Origin: Eledone cirrhosa
Lineage: Eukaryota
Assembly: GCA_964016885.1 (NCBI GenBank)
Contig: OZ024742.1
Span: 286,440,001-286,504,000, forward strand
Direction of reading: 5' to 3'
Length of the DNA: 64,000 nucleotides
The notes under the pieces are model-generated. The model did no database searches, had not been told where the DNA came from, and saw nothing but the letters and a program-made list of their open reading frames with translations. Positions 37,510 through 50,995 of this stretch are shown one piece after another (the first letter of the stretch is position 1; the number at the start of each line of letters is the position of its first letter). Both the position numbers and the translations under genes were made by a program.

Positions 37510-37757
37510 ATACATATATATATGTATACATATATATATATATGTATACATATATATGTGTATACATATATATATGTACACATATATATATATGTATACA
37601 TATATATATATGTATACATATATATATGTATACACACATATATATGTATACATATATATATGTATACACACATATATGTGTATACATATATATATGTATA
37701 AATATATATATATGTATACATATATATATGTATACATTTATATATATATATGTATAC

Positions 37758-37838
<81 letters not shown>

Positions 37839-38043
37839 GATATATATATGTATACATATATATGTGTATACATATATATGTGTGTATACATATATATATA
37901 TAATTACAACATATATATAATTACTGTGTGTGTGGCTGTATATATATATGTATATATGTATACACACATATATATGTATACATATATATGTGTGTACACA
38001 CATATATATGTATACATATATATATGTATACATATATATATGT

Positions 38044-38099
<56 letters not shown>

Positions 38100-38186
38100 A
38101 TATATATACATATATATATGTATACACACATATATCTGTATACATATATATATATATATATGTATATATGTATACATATATACATG

Positions 38187-38218
<32 letters not shown>

Positions 38219-38220
38219 TA
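36970..38220. repeat. Very long (TA)n/TATG microsatellite with mirror-image marker sequences
   Basis: Direct observation; see findings. Confidence 0.9.
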
Positions 38221-38221
38221 C

Positions 38222-38518
38222 TTTGAATAACTTTGAAATGTTTTGGCCAGTATTGGCCCAGGCCATGTCTAACTTAATAGCACCACCTGGCGAAGTCTTT
38301 CAATTCAGGATTTGGGCACCATGGCCCATTCGAGAAGAGAATTACTGTTTGCGGAGACATATCCGGGTGTGGGTGGTTTGTCCGGGATTACTTGGGGGAA
38401 TTTGTCCAAAGACTTCTTGAATTTTGTGTGGTCAGTTTCTGTTTTGACGTGTCCTGGTGTGAAGTTGAAGAGAGCAGGGCCGATTGAGGTGAAATAATTG
38501 TGCCGTATTGTTGTTGTA
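38222..38518 (-). pseudogene. 3' end remnant of a CR1/L2-type LINE ORF2
   Basis: ..[19 protein letters not shown]....[17 protein letters not shown]....SNSL, typical of the C-terminus of CR1/L2-group ORF2. Confidence 0.65.
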
Positions 38519-38742
38519 TACATATATGTATACATATATATATGTATACATATATAAATTTATATATTTATATATATATATATAAATATATATATATATA
38601 CATATATTTATGTATACATATATATATGTATACATATATATATGTGTGTATACATGTATATATGTGTGTATACATATATATATGTGTGTATACATATATA
38701 TATATACATATATATATATACATATACATATATATATATATA

Positions 38743-39602
38743 TTATGAAGAGAGAAGAAACATTTAGATATAATTAGTAATAAAATGTATCATACCTAAA
38801 CTGCTCCTAAATTCCTCGACTACGTAGTTTCGTGGCATAAACAAAAACAATATATCATAAAGATATAGAGTCCCTGCGAGGTCTGCCGACTTATCAAGAG
38901 GATACCTCATTTTACTAGTCTCAAGAACGCGTCTACACGACGTGAGAAAGAATCCCAAAAGGCGGAGGGGGAGATAGTCACGCGATATAACGGTCGAGAA
39001 ACAGAGCTAAGCCTCCTATAACCACGAAGAAAATACCACGGAGGCGGAGGGGGTATTCATATCGAGGCCGCAGAAGAGGTGATGAAGAAGGCTAGAAGTA
39101 TGAGTAATGGAAGCTTTCCAGTTGTCCCCACACTTCAAAGATTGCTCGACCAGAGGGAGTTATTAATATATTTAGAAACACACAGATACATGCGGACACA
39201 CACATATATACATGAATGCATCCGCACCCAACTGTGAGTTAAGGGTGCCAACTTCACCGATGTTGCTCAATGAATGACTGGGACAGACCAATTCAGTTGA
39301 ACTAGACTGAACCAGTATCAGAGTTAAAAATACATTATGAAGAGAGAAGAAACATTTAGATATAATTAGTAATAAAATGTATCATACCTAAACTGCTCCT
39401 AAATTCCTCGACTACGTAGTTTCGTGGCATAAACAAAAACAATATATCATAAAGATATAGAGTCCCTGCGAGGTCTGCCGACTTATCAAGAGGATACCTC
39501 ATTTTACTAGTCTCAAGAACGCGTCTACACGACGTGAGAAAGAATCCCAAAAGGCGGAGGGGGAGATAGTCACGCGATATAACGGTCGAGAAACAGAGCT
39601 AA
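38743..39602 (-). mobile_element. Retrozyme/pLTR-like element: two ~265-bp direct repeats, 592-bp period, each with a variant HHR
   Basis: 38743-39010 repeated at 39335-39602; flanked by (TA)n. Confidence 0.75.
38813..38902 (-). ncRNA. Type I hammerhead ribozyme, U3-A8 core variant (second copy 39405-39494)
   Basis: Minus strand TCCTC-TTGATAA-GTCGGCA...TGCCAC-GAAA-CTACGTA-GTC-GAGGA; palindromic stem III ACTACGTAGT. Confidence 0.7.
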
Positions 39603-39685
39603 TACATGTATATATGTATACATATATACATATATATATATATGTATACAGATATATGTGTGTATACATATATATATGTATATAT

Positions 39686-39767
<82 letters not shown>

Positions 39768-39963
39768 ACATATATATATGTATACATATATATATGTATA
39801 CATATATATGTGTGTACACATATATATGTATACATATATATGTGTGTATACATATATACATATATATAATTACAACAGTGACATAGTCAGGTACTCAAAT
39901 TTCGTTGGGTTATGGACCCAAATTTCTTCAGCCTGTCACGAGATCCGATATATATGTATATAT

Positions 39964-40018
<55 letters not shown>

Positions 40019-40304
40019 GTAGTAGTAACAAATAAGGGGTGTGAGTTCGACTCCCATGTGAACTGATGTCCATCTTTTTCCATTCGGTGGGTTTATAGGC
40101 CCAGCTATTATTAAACTATCTTACTATTTTATTTAGTCAAAATTACGGCGAATAATTCTAATTCAATTTTCAAACACTGCGGGCCTCTTTTTAAACATCT
40201 TCTTTATACGCGTAATAGAATGATAGAATAATAGGATATATATTGGAAAGAAACGGGGTCTACGGCTGAGCTCTTGCCTTTTCAACTAGTTTAATCCTGA
40301 TATC

Positions 40305-40335
<31 letters not shown>

Positions 40336-40384
40336 TTATTTATTTATTTATTTATATATGTATATATATATATATATTTATTTA

Positions 40385-40514
<130 letters not shown>

Positions 40515-40529
40515 CATATATATACATAC

Positions 40530-40563
<34 letters not shown>

Positions 40564-40721
40564 ATACTCACACATTCACGTAAACATACATGCTCTCTCA
40601 TAAACACAACCTTATAATGTTGTGTAGAATAGTCCCTTATTTCGTATACATAGGGAACAGGAATATGAAAAGATGAAACAGCAACCATTATTAAACTAGA
40701 AAGGGCGTTATTAATAATGAG

Positions 40722-40910
40722 AAGGTGGATTGGCAGTATCAGTGGAGGGTCGGACGCCATGCTTTCCAGCATAGTTACGTCCCTTTACGGTCTGAGTTCA
40801 AATCCCGCCGAGGTTAACATTGCCTTTCATCCTTACTGGGTCGATAAAATAAAGTACCAGTAATACACTGAGTAATTGCTGGCCTTGTGCCAAAAGTAGA
40901 AACAATTATT
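40722..40910 (+). mobile_element. Nin/Deu-like tRNA SINE
   Basis: TGGCAGTATCAG A-box, GAGTTCAAATCCC B-box, GCCTTTCATCCTTACTGGGTCGATAAAATAAAGTACCAG. Confidence 0.85.
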
Positions 40911-41344
40911 AAACTAGAATTTAATAATTGTTCATCTATTAGCGTTATCAGAAGTAGCAGCAGCAGCAGAATAATTGTCGTCACCATCCCCATCCTCAGT
41001 AATTTCTTTTTCATCTTCATCATCATCGTCATCATCATCATCATCATCACCCTCATGCACAACTAAATATATCGTACTTCTAGAGTTTCCCCACCACCAG
41101 CACCACCTCCATATTTTGAGTAATATAAGCAATCCTTTATAGCCTAACCCCCACTTGCTTTCACATATTTACAACACACCAAGAAATCCCTTAAATCAAC
41201 ACTCCCAAATAGTATACAAAATGTTGCACTGTTTGTGTATACATCACTTTAATAGTTTCAGGAAATCTCTAGATGAATCCCAGCTGGGAGTCTTTCTACG
41301 GAATCGGAAATATCTCACCGCCATATTTAACACTCACTTCAAAA

Positions 41345-42020
41345 GGCTTTTTAATTTAGACACAAGGTCAGCAATTTGGAGAAGAAATGTGAAAATCGAT
41401 AATAACAACCCTAATACTTGATTGATGTTTATCGACGCCGGAAGGATGAAAGTTAAAATTCACCTAGGTGGCAATATAAATAATTGTTTCTACTTTAGGC
41501 ACAAGGCCAGCAATTAATCAGTGCATTACTGGTACTTTATTTTATCGACCCCGTAAGGATGAAAGGCAAAGTCAACCTCGGCGGGATTTGAACTCAGATC
41601 GTAAATGGACGTAACTATGCTGGAAAGCATGGCGTCCGACCCTCCACTGATACTGCCAATCCACCGCCAATATTAATAATAATAATTTCTTACATAGGCA
41701 CAAGTACAGCAATTTTGGGGGCGGGGAAAGTCGATTAAATCGACCCCAGTGCGTGACTGGTACTTTATTTTATCGACCCCGTAATGATGAAAGGCAAAGT
41801 TAACCTCGGCGGTATTTGAACTCAGAACGTAAAGGGCCGTAACTCTATGCTGCCAATACGGTTTCTGATTTAGGCACAAGGACAACAATTTTGAGGGGCG
41901 GGGAAAGTCGATTAACTCGACTCCAGTGTGTTGCTGGTACTTTATTTTATCGATCCCAGAAAAGATGAAAAGCAAAGTTGACTGCGGTGGGATTTGAATT
42001 CAGAAGGCAAAGAGCGGGAA
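41345..42020 (-). mobile_element. Tandem cluster of ~4 Nin/Deu-like SINE copies
   Basis: Repeated ggcacaagg..tactggtactttattttatcgacccc..gatgaaaggcaaag..aacctcggcgg.atttgaactcaga. Confidence 0.8.
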
Positions 42021-42399
42021 AAATATTGCTCTAGATTTATCCAACTGTGAATTTACCACCCATATCAAATAAAAGATATATTTTCTGACGCAATTTATCT
42101 GAATAGTGTCAACATAATCTTTTATGAAGATTTTTTCAGTCTCGTGAGGTATTTGTATTTTACATTTCATTCTTTTCACATGAGGGTGTGGTCGTCCCCT
42201 AGGTTTAAAATTACCATGACGACACTGCGCCACCTCAATGACTCTGACTCCACCAATAGTCAAGAGCCTTTTATCATATGATTTCTTCCGAATTAAACAT
42301 TTCTAGTCCTGTAGAAGCCATTTCTATATTAAATATTTATACTCTGCTATGTATTGGGTACCTTACTTACTGTGGTTACCCCCGATTGAACTCGGGATA

Positions 42400-42439
<40 letters not shown>

Positions 42440-43379
42440 GAGAGAGAAAGAAAGAGAGAGGGGGGAGAGAGAGGGGGGGAGAGAGAGAGGGGAGATTCCT
42501 CTTTTTATCTCTTTCCCTTTACCTATATATAGACCACAAAACCTATTCACGTAAATTATGTGCCCGCTGTAACCAATCCAGTATTTAAAATGTTTTCCTT
42601 CATAGGAAAATACAGCCAACATACATACATGCATACATACATACGCACCTACGCACATACATACATATATACATACATACACACATACATACATATACAC
42701 ATACATATATATATACATATACAATTTCATTGAATATGTCCCAGTAACCCCAAAAAATTATTTTTATTTAGCTTATGTCGTCATGCAGGTTCACACAAGT
42801 GGAACAAACTGTATTTCAAGCAGAAGTCGACTGAAATTTTACATTTAAAATATAAAAAATGGAATAAATAGAAAGGAAAAAGAGAAACGCAGAGAAAATA
42901 GCGTTCGTTTTCTGTTGTAAAAAATAGAAGTGTCTTTTGTGGTTATGAAAACCTAAAAGGAAAAGAAAGGCAAGGGCTCTAGGGTCACAGAAGAATGAGA
43001 GGGTGAATGGCGCGGTGGTGTTGGAGCTGCGCCACGTAGACAATGGCCAGCGACACTCTTTTTGTTGTTTTTGTTGTTATAAACACATTAGTGCAGTCTC
43101 GGTTGCCCACAATGTATGCATATCTATATCGTACACTTCGGCTGCTAGCGCATTTCTATATATATCTTAAATTTCAGCTGAGTATACTGGAACAATGTGA
43201 AATGAAGTGTTTTGTCAAGAACACAACACAACACACAACCCAATCCAAGTACCGAACCCTCGAGATTATGATCGTAAGTCCAACACCCTTATGTTTAGAA
43301 AAAGATAATTCCGTTTTATTCACCAGCAAATATTGCTGTAAGGGGGAAAATAGAAAACTAGAGATATGAAGTATATAAT

Positions 43380-44352
43380 AATAATTGTTTCTACTTTTGG
43401 CACAAGGCCAGCAATTACCCAGTGTATTACTGGTACTTTATTTTATCGACCCCGTAAGGATGAAAGGCAGAGGTATATAATAATAATGGTTTCTGATTTA
43501 GACACAGGGGGGAGGAGAAAATTGACTTCAGTGCGTTATTTATACTTTATTTTATCGAATCCGTAAGAATGAAAAAGAAAGTAAACCTTAGCAAGATTTG
43601 AACTCGGAATGTAAAAGGAGGTAACTCTATGTATTGTCCGACGCTCTACCGATTTTACTGTCAATATACCGCTCTCTAATGTTGTATATATGCATGCATA
43701 ATCCCGTAACTCCTGGTGGAGTCGTAGGGGTGCCGTATTGACATACGGCATTTCTTGGGCATTTTTAAACCTGGCGGATTTCTTCCGAGGAATTGATATA
43801 GAGAGTGAGAGTATGAAAGTGAGAAAGAGATCTAGAGGAAGAATCAACCCCAGTACTATACTGGTACTTTTTTTATCAACCTCGAAAGGATGAAAGACAA
43901 AGTTGTCCTTGGCGGGATTTCAACTGAGAGAGTAAAGAGCCAAAACGAATACTACAAACCATTCTATCCGTTGTTCTAACGACTCTGCCAATCCGCCACC
44001 TGTAGTATATATAATGATTTCTACTATAGGCGCAAGGCCAGCAATTTGGGGGGAGAGGAAAGTCGATTAAATCAACCCCAGTGCATTACTGGTACTTTAT
44101 CTTATCGACCCCGTTAGGATGAAAGGCAAAACTAACCTCGGTAACATTATATATACTACGCCTGTAGTATATATAATTGTTTCTACTTTAGGCACAAGGC
44201 CAGCAATTACCCCAGTACATTACTGGTGCTTTATTTTATCGACCCCGTAAGGATGAAAGGTAAAGTTAACCTCGGCGAGATTTGAACTCAGATCAGAAAG
44301 GGCCGTAACTCTATGCTGCAAAGTATGGCGTCTGACCCTCTGCCAATCCAAT
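43380..44352 (-). mobile_element. Cluster of ~5 Nin/Deu-like SINE copies and fragments
   Basis: Same family motifs. Confidence 0.8.
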
Positions 44353-45116
44353 ACCATATAGTATATATGTCTTCAAATTACACAAGATATTTTTTGAAAT
44401 GATATTGAATGGTTTGTACACATTTGAAAATATTTCCCATTATACATTCATAACATTTAACTGGAAGAATGTTCAGACTTTACAGAACAAAGTAATTTTT
44501 TTCTTTTTTTCTTCTTTTTTTTTTTTGCAACGAAGTTGAAGTCTGTCACGTCTTTCAACGTTTCATTTCTTCCTGTTTAAAAAGGTTAAATAACAATATA
44601 AATTGACATGAACTGGGCTTTGATATGATTGAGAACCACGTCAAATTAAAGACGTTTCTATGTTTGAAAGACATGCCAGAATTATCATCTATATTCTGTT
44701 GAAGAATATAATACAGAAACTGAAGCAAGCGAAGCCGAGTAGTGAGTGAGTCGAATAAGTTAAAGTTGAATTTCTAAGGGAAAGAAATGTACGTTTTATT
44801 GAACAGGAAGTAAAGTTGTTGTTATGTCAGAGAAATCAGAAAACTGAGAGAGATATTGTTCTGAATGAGGCCATTATATGTTGATGTCTAGTGGCATGAA
44901 CAGTTTTAAGTTGATATGTGTTCATATTTTTTTCATATTTCTTCATATTTCTTTTCGTGGAACTGTGTCAGAGGCCAGGTCACACAACACTGCGATAGAG
45001 ATTTTGATATAAAAAATAAATGATAAATGTAAAGAGAATGGTGTGTGTGTGTGTGTGCGTGTGCGTGTGCGTGTGCGTGTGCGTGTGTGTGTGTGTGCGT
45101 GTGCGTGTGCGTGTGC

Positions 45117-45199
<83 letters not shown>

Positions 45200-45329
45200 T
45201 TTATTTTTGAATTACTAAAAGTACATTTCTACTGTGCAATCATGAAAAAGCGATCAATTTTCATATGAAGTATATGTGAATGTATAATGTTTGAACTAGT
45301 ATCCTCTACCTCAAGCTAACTTACCCTCT

Positions 45330-45598
45330 GTCTCTGGGTCGCAGCCGAAAGGGCGGTGAATGAGATGCGCTGGAACAGCCATTCCTCCTCGCGGAGCTTG
45401 CACCTGCGGTGCGCAGCCAAATCCACTCAGGTAGCAGTGAGTAGGGATGTGGTCCGTGAACGAAGAACACCGAAAGTTTCCACGGCTACAGACTCTACCA
45501 CAAACCTATCAGTGAGTGGCCGATACTTGGACAGTTTTCCCTCTGTGGTCGAGTGGACAGCAGAGCCTGGACTGGTAGCTGAACGCAGCAGGTTGCCA
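45330..45598 (-). pseudogene. CRE-like non-LTR retrotransposon restriction-like endonuclease remnant
   Basis: Manual minus-strand translation: ..PGSAVHSTTEGKLSKYRPLTDRFVVESVAVETFGVL....*....REEEWLFQRISF, matching the RLE pattern K..KY..L...AVETFG...WLFQR.S. Confidence 0.65.
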
Positions 45599-45980
45599 CT
45601 AGATATATTACTTTAGTTTCAACAGGAACAATAACGAAGTATTGATGTGTTGGTATGTTCTATCGGTGATTTTGACATGAGTAAATGATGCCGAAATAAA
45701 TGATTCAAACAAAAAGATACATGTTCAGGTTCTTTAACTACAGGCCAACCATGATTCAGAAAGCGGTGAATTGGCAGAGTCATTAAAACGAGGTCAACTT
45801 TTCCTTTCGTCTTTTCAAGGTCGATAAAAAAAGTACCAGTCTAGTACTGGGGCCGATTCTTCCTCTATATCTGTTTCTCACTTGCTCTCTATCACACTCT
45901 TTATCCTTCTCTAGAAGAAATCTGCTGTATTCTGACCTGGAGAGGAAATGGGCTCTGGCCAGGCTTAAAATGGCCAAGAA

Positions 45981-48207
45981 ACGCTGTATGTCAGTACGCT
46001 CTATGTCAATACGCTGTATGTCAATACGCTGTATGTCAGTACGCTGTATGTCAATACTCTGTGTGTCAATACGTTGTATGTCACTACTCTGTATGTCAAT
46101 ACGCTGTATGTCAATACTCTGTATGTCAGTACTTTGTATGTCAATGCGTTGTATGTCAATACGATGTATGCCAATACGCTGTATGTCAGTACGCTGTATG
46201 CCAATACTCTGTATGTCAATACGCTGTATGTCAATACTCTGTATGTCAATACTCTGTATGTCAATAGTTTGTATGTCAATGCGTTGTATGTCAATACGCT
46301 GTATGTCAATACGCCGGGTGTCAATACTCTGTATGTCAATACTCTGTTTGTCAGTACGCTGTATGTCAATACTCTGTATGTCAATACGCTGTATGTCAAT
46401 ACGCTGTATGTCAATACGCTGTATGTCAATGCTCTGTATGTCAATACTTTGTATGTCAATGCGTTGTATGTCAATACACTGTATGTTAATACGCTGTATG
46501 TCAATACTCTGTATGTCAATACTCTGTTTGTCAGTACGGTGTATGCCAATACTCTGTATGTCAATACGCTGTATGTCAATACTCTGTATGTCAATACTCT
46601 GTATGTCAATGCGTTGTATGTCAATACGCTGTATGCCAATGCGTCGTATGTCAATACTCTGTATGTCAATACGCTGTATATCAATACACTGTATGTCAAC
46701 ACGCTGTATGTCAATACACTGTATTGACATATATCGTATTGACATACAGTATATTGACACTGTATGTCAATACGCTGTATGTTAATACGCTATATGTTAA
46801 TACGCTGTATGTCAATACGCTGTATGTTAATACGCTGTATGTTAATACGCTGTATGTTAATACGCTGTATGTTAATACGCTGTATGTTAATACGCTGTAT
46901 GTTAATACGCTGTATGTCAATACGCTGTATGTTAATACGCTGTATGTCAATACTCTGTATGTTAATACGCTGTATGTTAATACGCTGTATGTTAATACGC
47001 TGTATGTTAATACGCTGTATGTTAATACGCTGTATGTTAATACGCTGTATGTTAATACGCTGTATGTTAATACGCTGTATGTTAATACGCTGTATGTTAA
47101 TACGCTGTATGTTAATACGCTGTATGTCAATACGCTGTATGTTAATACGCTGTATGTCAATACGCTGTATGTTAATACGCTGTATGTTAATACGCTATAT
47201 ATTAATACGCTGTATGTCAATACGCTGTATGTTAATACGCTGTATGTCAATACGCTGTATGTTAATACGCTCTATGTTAATACGCTGTATGTTAATACGC
47301 TGTATGTCAATACGCTGTATGTTAATACGCTGTATGTCAATACGCTGTATGTTAATACGCTGTATGTTAATACGCTGTATGTCAATACGCTGTATGTTAA
47401 TACGCTGTATGTTAATACGCTGTATGTTAATACGCTGTATGTTAATACGCTGTATGTCAATACGCTATATGTTAATACGCTGTATGTCAATACGCTGCAT
47501 GTTAATACGCTGTATGTTAATACGCTGTATGTCAATACGCTGTATGTTAATACGCTGTATGTTAATACGCTGTATGTCAATACGCTATATGTTAATACGC
47601 TGTATGTCAATACGCTGCATGTTAATACGCTGTATGTTAATACGCTGTATGTCAATACGCTGTATGTTAATACGCTGTATGTTAATACGCTGTATGTTAA
47701 TACGCTGTATGTTAATACGCTGTATGTCAATACGCTGTATGTTAATACGCTGTATGTTAATACGCTGTATGTTAATACGCTGTATGTTAATACGCTGTAT
47801 GTTAATACGCTGTATGTTAATACGCTGTATGTCAATACGCTGTATGTTAATACGCTGTATGTCAATACGCTGTATGTTAATACGCTGTATGTTAATACGC
47901 TGTATGTCAATACGCTGTATGTCAATACGCTGTATGTTAATACGCTGTATGTTAATACGCTGTATGTCAATACGCTGTATGTTAATACGCTGTATGTCAA
48001 TACGCTGCATGTTAATACGCTGTATGTTAATACGCTGTATGTCAATACGCTGTATGTTAATACGCTGTATGTTAATACGCTGTATGTTAATACGCTGTAT
48101 GTTAATACGCTGTATGTCAATACGCTGTATGTTAATACGCTGTATGTTAATACGCTGTATGTTAATACGCTGTATGTTAATACGCTGTATGTTAATACGC
48201 TGTATGC
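45981..48207. repeat. 15-bp minisatellite (GTATGT(C/T)AATACGCT), ~145 copies
   Basis: 15-bp period; the repetitive YVNTL/MLIRC ORFs are artefacts. Confidence 0.95.
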
Positions 48208-48523
48208 CCCAACAACTTCCTCGATTGTTATGGAATTCAATAAACATATAATGTTTATCAGATATGGCCAACCCGTTTTTTATTCAAACAGTGTATTCAG
48301 GGCTTCGTTATCCTTTGTGTCCTATATTTTTAAGGAATAATCTATATATAACGCCAAGCGACGAATTGACAGAGTCGGTCATTGGGGTTAACGTTGGAAT
48401 AATTTAGAGGTCGATAAAAAGTACCAGTCTTGTATTGGAGTTGATGCTTCTTCTATATATATCTCTCACTTTCTCTCTATTTCTCTCTCTTTCTCTCTTT
48501 CTCTCTTTCTTTCTCTCTCTCTC

Positions 48524-48557
<34 letters not shown>

Positions 48558-48743
48558 ATTTTCTCTCTGTTACTCTCTCTCTCTCTCCCTCGCTCCTTCT
48601 TGGTTATTCCAATATCTTAGAATGGTCAATGTGGTTTTTTTTTATTCCAAAAACCATGGTTTGGGAAACCGACTTATTCTAGTCGATCTAACATATATCC
48701 CCCACCCCACAAGAGATTTTGGCTTACATTTTAATATATTATA

Positions 48744-48879
<136 letters not shown>

Positions 48880-48943
48880 TGCGTGTGTGTGTATAGACAC
48901 ACACACACCACACACACATATATATATACATATATATATATAT

Positions 48944-49150
48944 AATGAAGGAAATGTGGTAAGGAACCAGATGGACCATAACGCACCAAAGTACTCAATA
49001 CTTAGGGTAGGAGAGTGGGTAATAGGAACGAGTAGGACCCCGACGGCTGAGCTCAAGCCGTTTCGATGGCTAATTCTGGACTAAAATTGTTAGTCCAGAA
49101 TTAGCCGTCGAAACGGCTTGAGCTCAGCCGTCGGGGTCCTACTCGTTCCT
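48944..49150 (-). mobile_element. Fold-back copy of the dispersed half-HHR element
   Basis: Palindrome arms 49023-49150, centre ~49087; GAAA-CGGC..GCCG-TC-GGGGT at 49110-49137. Confidence 0.75.
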
Positions 49151-49162
49151 ATATATATATAT

Positions 49163-49259
<97 letters not shown>

Positions 49260-49346
49260 AGAGAAAGAGGGAAAGATAGAGAGAGAGAGAGAAAGAGAGA
49301 GTGTGTGTATATATATCTATATATATATATATATATATACACACAC

Positions 49347-49537
49347 TAATAATTGTTTCTACTTTTGGCACAAGGCCAGCAATTACTCAGTACATTACTG
49401 GTACTTTATTTTATCGACCCCGTAAGGATGAAAGGCAAAGTTAACCTCGGCGGGATTTGAACTCAGAATGGCAAGGGCTGTAACTCTTAGCCGCAAAGCC
49501 TGGCGTCCGACTCTCTACTGATACTGCCAATCCACCA
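49347..49537 (-). mobile_element. Nin/Deu-like tRNA SINE
   Basis: Same family motifs. Confidence 0.85.
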
Positions 49538-50546
49538 ATAAAATCATCTTATGAGGCAAGTAAGAAGAAATCCTATCAGACAGATAAAAATGAATCTAAC
49601 TGTGCAGTAAATCAAATATGTAAAATAAGATGACTTGGTAAAAATATTATTTTTCTAAGAGATATGAATTCAGGGAGGAAACTGTTCCCACATAAAGCTG
49701 GGGAATCTAATTAACTTACCTATTGAAGGTGGAAACATACCTATATTATGGGAACTTGAACGGTTTTTTGTGGGGTTGGAGGTTGGTGGATTGGCGTTGG
49801 GTTTGGGGGGTGTGGGGCTTGGGAGGGCTTTCTAAAGTGTTAAAGGAAGCAAATCTTATCCCATAATATATAGCTAAATTTATCCTATTAACTTGATATA
49901 TAAACGTCAATATATGTGTGTATGTATGTGTGTACGTGTGTGTGTATGTGTGTGTGTGTGTGTGTGTGTGCGTGTTTATGTGTTTGCGTGCGTTTATGTG
50001 CGTATGTTTGTGTGAATGTGTGTTTGTACGTATGTAAGTGTATGTATATGTGTGTATGTATGAGTATGTATGAGTGTATATGTATATCTGTGTATGCATT
50101 TGTATGTGTGTATTATGTGTGTGTATGCGTGTGTGTATGTGTGCATGGATGTGTATTTATGTGTGTGTGTGTATGTGTGCGTGTTTGTGTGTATGTGTGT
50201 GTAAGTATGTATGTATGTTTATGTATATGTATGTATGTGTATGTATTAGTGTATATGTGTTTGTGTATGTGTGTATGTATGTGTGTGTGTTTGTGTGCAA
50301 GTGTATGTATATATGTATGTATGTATATATATATGTATGTATATATGTATGTGTGTGTGTGTATTCCGAGCTGTTACAGTTTTACGCTTAAGTATCTCTC
50401 AATTTTACGCAGGAACACAATTTCTTTCAAGAAAAGGTCAAATGCTTTTGGTAAGCAAGAAGAAAAGAAAAAGTGGATATGTGATATTGAGAGGAATACA
50501 CGATTTAGACCAATCGTATTCCATATTAACATTCACTGCATTCCAG

Positions 50547-50995
50547 GACGGTGGATTGGAAGAATTGGAAGAGCGTCGGGTAACATGCTTTGCAGTATAG
50601 AGTTACGGCCTTTTACGTTCTGAGTTGAAATTCCGCCGAGGTTAGCTTTGCCTTTCATCCTTACGGAGGTCGATAAAGTAAAGTATCAGTAACGCACTGG
50701 AGGCGGTTTAATCGAATTCCCCCCCAAGATTATTGGCCTTGTGCTTAAATCAGAAACCATTTTATTTATAGCTGGCGTGTTGTAGTTTGGCAGTATCGGT
50801 AGAGCGTCAGACAACATGCTTTGTGGCATATAGTTACGGACTTTTACGATCTGAATTCAAATCCCACCAAGATTAGCTTTCCCTTTCATCTTTACGGAGG
50901 TCGATAAAGTAAAGTACCAGTAACGCACTGGTCTCGATTTAATCGACTTTACCTTCTCACAAAATTGTTGGCCTTGTGCCTAAATCAGAAACCAA
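50547..50995 (+). mobile_element. Two tandem Nin/Deu-like tRNA SINEs
   Basis: A/B boxes and the central CCTTTCATC..GGAGGTCGATAAAGTAAAGTA motif occur twice. Confidence 0.8.

Noticed and set aside
36862-38420. Long YI/CV/HT/LS-rich ORFs here and throughout the window
   Set aside because: Stop-free translations of TA/CA/CT microsatellites
45783-48340. Pentapeptide-repeat ORFs (YVNTL, MLIRC, IDIQR, LTYSV)
   Set aside because: Open in several frames on both strands because the 15-bp unit lacks stops there; no unique coding flanks
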